Positions 59,851 through 64,000 of a stretch of 64,000 nt of DNA are shown here, piece by piece. A model generated the notes under the pieces. That model did no database searches, was not told the DNA's origin, and was given only the letters and a program-made list of their open reading frames with translations. The translations under genes were made by a program, and so were the position numbers. Origin of the DNA: an uncultured virus (IMG/VR IMGVR_UViG_3300027826_000008) (Duplodnaviria; Heunggongvirae; Uroviricota; Caudoviricetes); IMG/VR virus record IMGVR_UViG_3300027826_000008; one strand, given 5' to 3'. Each line of letters starts with the position of its first letter. The stretch's first letter is position 1.

Positions 59851-60024
59851 TTACTGATTTGGTTGGCCGAAGATCGAAGGCAGTGCGGCGTGAAGCACCT
59901 GAGCGACGCCCACGACACATGCGAAGACGACAGGGTGAGCAGCGATGAAAGCCGGGGTGAAGATGGCGGCACCGAGCGTTCCGGCCATCGTGATAATCAA
60001 CGGCAGATATGCCTTCAGCTTCAT
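59851..60024 (-). CDS. Holin-like small membrane protein
   Basis: Manual translation MKLKAYLPLIITMAGTLGAAIFTPAFIAAHPVVFACVVGVAQVLHAALPSIF; two hydrophobic segments; AGGAGG SD. Confidence 0.55.
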   Translation of the reverse strand: MKLKAYLPLIITMAGTLGAAIFTPAFIAAHPVVFACVVGVAQVLHAALPSIFGQPNQ

Positions 60025-60311
60025 ATGCGACTAGCCTCCTGTTTTTGGTTTCGGTTGTCCCGAAGTTCCTGCTCAATCAACTCCAAACGCTTTTCACTGA
60101 TGGCAGCCAGGCGCGCGAGTTCGACGATCACGACGCCATGCTCCTTCGAGGTGCGCTCCTGACTTTCCACCTTGCCCGCGAGATCCTCGAACTTTTCCTT
60201 CTGTTGGCCGTGCAGAGACGCTGTCTTCCAGATGAAGACGAGGGCACTTGCCACTAGCCCAAGCGCCGTGAGCACCTGCCCGACATTGATAGTCCAGAAC
60301 CCGGAGTTCAT
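60021..60311 (-). CDS. TM plus coiled-coil protein (XhlA/holin-like)
   Basis: N-terminal TM followed by a heptad region; ATGA overlap. Confidence 0.6.
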   Translation of the reverse strand: MNSGFWTINVGQVLTALGLVASALVFIWKTASLHGQQKEKFEDLAGKVESQERTSKEHGVVIVELARLAAISEKRLELIEQELRDNRNQKQEASRI

Positions 60312-60325
60312 TGGCCGAAGGCCCC

Positions 60326-60712
60326 CTAGATGGCGATCGCTAGCGGTGAACCGTGCAACGACGACTCACTGCGCGAATCGAGGAAGTGCCCACGACATAA
60401 ACCGTTCACCAGCGCTGGATACGGGCACGCTTTCGCGGTGCAACGACTTCCATCCGGCCTAGCCGCGGCGAGCAGTGTGGCGTTCTCGCGCTCCTGCTTC
60501 TTCGCCTTTAGCTCCCGGGCCTTTGCTTCCCTTGCGAACGCATCGCGTTCCTGCTTCTTCTGTTCCTGCGATAGCTCGATGCAGGAGTCCTGCGCGAACG
60601 TGATCGACACGTTCAACATGCGGGAAATCTGTCTGAACGTGAAGCCTGACTCGCGCATGGCGATGCACGCGGTCTGAAGGCTCACCCGCTCCTGTTCCGT
60701 GTACTTGGACAT
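60326..60712 (-). CDS. HTH protein with C-terminal Cys/His motif
   Basis: MRESGFTFRQISRMLNVS; CTAKAC...LCRGH. Confidence 0.65.
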   Translation of the reverse strand: MSKYTEQERVSLQTACIAMRESGFTFRQISRMLNVSITFAQDSCIELSQEQKKQERDAFAREAKARELKAKKQERENATLLAAARPDGSRCTAKACPYPALVNGLCRGHFLDSRSESSLHGSPLAIAI

Positions 60713-60715
60713 GGC

Positions 60716-63307
60716 CTAGTTCGGGTTACCGACGATCATTGCGTCCCACGTCAGCGTGTTGCTCGAGCCTGCCGTAATCGTCACTGTCGTGCCCGAGAAC
60801 GAGCACTTAGAGGAGATCGCGGTAGCAGGCGGAGCCGAAGCGTGGTCCAGCGAGGTGAAGCACAGATACGTCGTCGGCGGCGTGTAGCTCAAGCTGAAGG
60901 TGCACGTTGTCGTTGACATCGTGCAGCTGCCTGCGAAGGCGTTGGCTTGCGGCTGATTGATACCCGCCACAGCCAGGTGCCCATCGACGACGGCCAAACC
61001 ATTCGCGCCCGGATACAGATAATCGAGGTCAACCGGCCCGGTGTTGGTGCTGTAGCCGGTGACCGAGTTCGTCAGGATCGCGGAGGTGCAGTGCGTTGAC
61101 GGCACACGCCCGCCGATGTGAATGCGGCCCGTGGTGCTGCCCGAAACGAGTACACACGTCCCGGTCGTGCCAGCGTTGATGTCGAAGCCGCGAATGTCGA
61201 GATCGCGCGCATTCTTGAACTCCGCGAAGTGGCTGGGGTTTACGGTGCCGTTATCCGTCCAAACGACCGACCCGTCAACGCACGTCGCACCCTGCGTGTA
61301 GCTCGGGCTACAAATGCTGTTCCAGACCGGCTCTGAAACGCCGGGCGTGCCCGCTGTCGTCACCACAAAGTAGTGGCCGCTCGGATTGTTGTGGCCCGAG
61401 GTTGGCGGCAGGATGGCGTTGCCCAGGTTGTAGAGCGTCGCTCCCGGCACATCGCCGTTCGCACTCCACGCGGGATACGTGCCCGACATCTCGACATAGC
61501 CTCCGTCGAAGAGGATGTCATTGATGAAGGCGCTATTGTGTAGCCCGCCGTAGGAGCCATCGATGCACAGCATCGCGCCCGATCCGGAAGCGCAGCCGCT
61601 CCCGCCCGGCCCGTTGCCGAACCCAATGTTGTGGAAGATTATGTTGATGCCGTTGCCGTTGTTCTGCGCTGTCGTGATCCAAAGCGGCACGCATCCGGCG
61701 TGGTTCCCACACACATTGGCGCCGTCATCGAACTTCAAGCTATTATTGTCGCCCGATACCGGCCCGTCCTGCAGCATGATGTTCGCCGTGTTATTGATGC
61801 CGAGCATCGCGAACTTACGAATGTTCGCTTGCCCCTCAACGGCAGTCAGCGTCAGCAGTCCAGAGGTGATGATCGACGTTCCGGAAGGAACGATTTGGTT
61901 CCCTTCAAACTCGAAGCGCTGTTGCAGGTAGTTCTGCCATCCCACTGCGCCGCCCAGATACGCCACGCCTGTCTGGGTGCCTGCGCTGGTGGTCAGAGTT
62001 AGCGACGAGGTGCTCGAGACCGACGCGACAATGTAGTTCACGCCGTTGATCGTGATGGGCGTGTTGTTCCACTGCGTTCCGGTCGTGAAGTTCGTTCCGG
62101 ACGCCAGCGTGACCGCGGTACCGGAAGTGTTCACTGTTCCGGTGGCTGCCTGCACGCCGGCATTCGCCACGACCGAGCGATAGGTAGCGTTTGCAGCGGT
62201 CGTGATCACCGCGCCGCCGTTGGTCGTGTTGCCAGGGTTGATGCCAGCCAGTTGACCCCACTGCCCAATCTCCAAGCAGTCGATCCAGATCGGCAGGGTC
62301 AGGCCGGTGAGGGTGCACTGCAGGGTCGCGCCATTGTTGAACACTTCGACGTGCGCCGCGGTCGCAGTCGTCGAACCTGCGCCGATGATGACGGGATAGT
62401 CGCCGGTTGTCGGGTTGCCGACAGTGCTGTTGGCTCCGACCGGGATTACCGTGCCGGGCGGCGTTGGATCGAGAATCACGCGGCAGGGCGTGGGGAAGAC
62501 GGGACAGTTCTTCAGCATCGCGGCGAGCGTGGTGCCCGAGGGGAAGCCGGAAGAGTGAATTTCGTACAACAGCGGCACGTAGGTTGTGCCGCTGCCACTG
62601 CTCGAATTGACTAGGCCGTTGCCTTGATTCGCGGTCGGCAGCGGCGATCCGGCAAAGACCCACGCGCTTCCGTTCCACTGCACAAAGCCGGTGCTCAGCC
62701 CGGGCAAGGCGTGCCCAAGAATGCCGATCACCTGCTGGCTCGTCTGGTTACCTGACAGGTCAGTGCCAGGCGCAAACGAGCCGGTTGGCGAGTCGAATAC
62801 AAACGCCGAGCCATTCCAATGCAGATAGCCGGACGCCAGACCCGGAAGCAGTTGGCCCTTCAGTCCGATGACGGTTTGCGCCGAGGACGTGCCGCTGAGG
62901 TCGGTACCGGCAACGAAGGTGCCGGAAGGCGTATCAAAGACCCATGCCGTTCCGTTCCAATGCGGATAACCAGCGGCAAGCGTCGGCAACGGCTTACCCA
63001 AGATGCCAATCACGGTCTGACTGCTGGGAGTTCCCGCGAGATCCGTCGCTGCCGTGAAGACCGAAGCGGGCGTGTCGAATACCCACGCCGTTCCGTTCCA
63101 GTGCGGATAGCCGGGCGCCAAGACTGGCAAAGGCTGGCCGCGGAGTCCGGTCACCTGGGGCAGCGTCGTGGATCCGCCAATGTCTCCGCCGAGGCCAATG
63201 CCTTGGCTTGGGCCAATCACAACCTGCCCTCCGGGCGAGATGGTGACTTGGGCCATGGCTGAGACACACGAGAGCAGCAACCCGAGTTGTAGGAGGCGCT
63301 TGAGCAT
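60716..63307 (-). CDS. Tail fibre/spike-like protein with Sec signal peptide, four 47-aa repeats and a beta-helix-like core
   Basis: MLKRLLQLGLLLSCVSAMAQ; DL.G....QTVIG..G..LP.LA.GY.HWNG.AWVFD repeats; CBM-like AW...Y..G...AGT.G.SEP.W segment. Confidence 0.72.
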   Translation of the reverse strand: MLKRLLQLGLLLSCVSAMAQVTISPGGQVVIGPSQGIGLGGDIGGSTTLPQVTGLRGQPLPVLAPGYPHWNGTAWVFDTPASVFTAATDLAGTPSSQTVIGILGKPLPTLAAGYPHWNGTAWVFDTPSGTFVAGTDLSGTSSAQTVIGLKGQLLPGLASGYLHWNGSAFVFDSPTGSFAPGTDLSGNQTSQQVIGILGHALPGLSTGFVQWNGSAWVFAGSPLPTANQGNGLVNSSSGSGTTYVPLLYEIHSSGFPSGTTLAAMLKNCPVFPTPCRVILDPTPPGTVIPVGANSTVGNPTTGDYPVIIGAGSTTATAAHVEVFNNGATLQCTLTGLTLPIWIDCLEIGQWGQLAGINPGNTTNGGAVITTAANATYRSVVANAGVQAATGTVNTSGTAVTLASGTNFTTGTQWNNTPITINGVNYIVASVSSTSSLTLTTSAGTQTGVAYLGGAVGWQNYLQQRFEFEGNQIVPSGTSIITSGLLTLTAVEGQANIRKFAMLGINNTANIMLQDGPVSGDNNSLKFDDGANVCGNHAGCVPLWITTAQNNGNGINIIFHNIGFGNGPGGSGCASGSGAMLCIDGSYGGLHNSAFINDILFDGGYVEMSGTYPAWSANGDVPGATLYNLGNAILPPTSGHNNPSGHYFVVTTAGTPGVSEPVWNSICSPSYTQGATCVDGSVVWTDNGTVNPSHFAEFKNARDLDIRGFDINAGTTGTCVLVSGSTTGRIHIGGRVPSTHCTSAILTNSVTGYSTNTGPVDLDYLYPGANGLAVVDGHLAVAGINQPQANAFAGSCTMSTTTCTFSLSYTPPTTYLCFTSLDHASAPPATAISSKCSFSGTTVTITAGSSNTLTWDAMIVGNPN
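62657..63198 (-). repeat. Four tandem 141-bp coding repeats
   Basis: WNG codon blocks at ~62671, 62812, 62953 and 63094, a 141-bp period. Confidence 0.85.
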
Positions 63308-63313
63308 GATCGT

Positions 63314-64000
63314 TTAGTGAGGCGGCGGCGGCTGCGTAGTGATGCCGCTCAGGTTGATCTGGAACGGACTCCCGGGCGCGTTGTGGTTGATCGTCATCGT
63401 TCCAGTGGTCTGTCCGATTTGTCCGCCAAGGAAGGAGATCGTTAGCGTGCACGTTCCATTCGGAGCCACAGTCCCGCAGCCGGTCAACGTTCCGGTGAAG
63501 GACGGCGTTCCAATCACGCTGGTGACGCTGAGCGTTGCGTTGCCCGTGTTCGTGATCGTGTAGTTGCGGCTCGTCGGACAGTTCACCGTCTCCTGGCACA
63601 CAAACGACGCGCTCGGAGGAACGCCAGAGAAGACCGGCGAAATGCCCGTGCCCTTCAGCGCCGTGGATAGCGTGCCGCCTGCGGGCAGGTTCACGGTGTA
63701 GGTGATGGCTCCAGTAACCGCACCCGCCGCCGTGGGCGAGAACGTGACTTGGACTGTGCAGCTGTTGCCGACAGGCAGCGAGTTCGGACAGTTATTGGTC
63801 TGCGCGAACGGGCCGCTGCTGACGATGCTGCTGATGACCAGCGGCACTATGCTGATGTTAGTGATCGTGCTCGTCTGCGCTGCGCTCGTCGTGCCAACCG
63901 TCTGATTCCCATAGGTCAGCGTGCCCGGAGTAATCGATACGTTCGGGTAGCCGCCAATGCCAGTCAGCGATACCGTGTACGGAGAGCCAGTGGTGTTGTC
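63314..64000 (-). CDS. Ig-like ASH/choice-of-anchor D repeat protein, 5'-partial (starts beyond the window)
   Basis: Open to the edge; GSPYTVSLTG, TITN...L.ISSI..SGPFAQTNNC..SL..G.SCTV.VTFSPTA.G..TG. Confidence 0.85.
   Translation of the reverse strand, partial: DNTTGSPYTVSLTGIGGYPNVSITPGTLTYGNQTVGTTSAAQTSTITNISIVPLVISSIVSSGPFAQTNNCPNSLPVGNSCTVQVTFSPTAAGAVTGAITYTVNLPAGGTLSTALKGTGISPVFSGVPPSASFVCQETVNCPTSRNYTITNTGNATLSVTSVIGTPSFTGTLTGCGTVAPNGTCTLTISFLGGQIGQTTGTMTINHNAPGSPFQINLSGITTQPPPPH

Noticed and set aside
62657..63198. Diversity-generating retroelement template/variable repeats
   Set aside because: These are in-frame tandem protein repeats without adenine-specific differences, and no reverse transcriptase is in the window

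Overview
The window is almost entirely a GC-rich temperate tailed-phage genome segment, most likely podovirus-like because no tape measure or sheath gene is visible. It appears to be in the non-integrated form: an attP carrying the 3' half of tRNA-Ala(CGC) follows the tyrosine integrase and has phage genes on both sides. Acidobacteriota is a plausible host, inferred only from protein styles. Left to right: (1) an IS1595-family element with 23-bp TIRs carrying a DUF433/PIN toxin-antitoxin pair, plus the probable end of a second IS1595-like element at the left edge; (2) a leftward replication arm (DUF1376 initiator, loader-like protein, MazG-like, T5orf172, DUF5131, DUF1643); (3) a rightward early arm driven by repeated sigma70 promoters with a shared operator (Fis-like HTH, AAA/Sak4-like ATPase, RusA, cupin, small cassette genes, integrase, attP, Acb2/Tad1-like protein); (4) a long leftward late region. 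In transcription order the late region holds signal-peptide-bearing spike/Ig-like and lysis genes, portal, scaffold, capsid, adaptor, nozzle, a Hint-domain ejection protein, a 4183-aa polyvalent protein and finally TerS/TerL. The 4183-aa protein joins an Acb1-like 2H phosphoesterase, a zeta-toxin-like kinase, an N6-methyltransferase and a SNF2 helicase. The most striking signals are three small genes with their own translation starts nested in the +1 frame of that giant ORF beside its enzymatic domains, and a cluster of tailspike/adhesin-like late proteins carrying Sec signal peptides. All family calls come from motif recognition by eye; no database searches were run.
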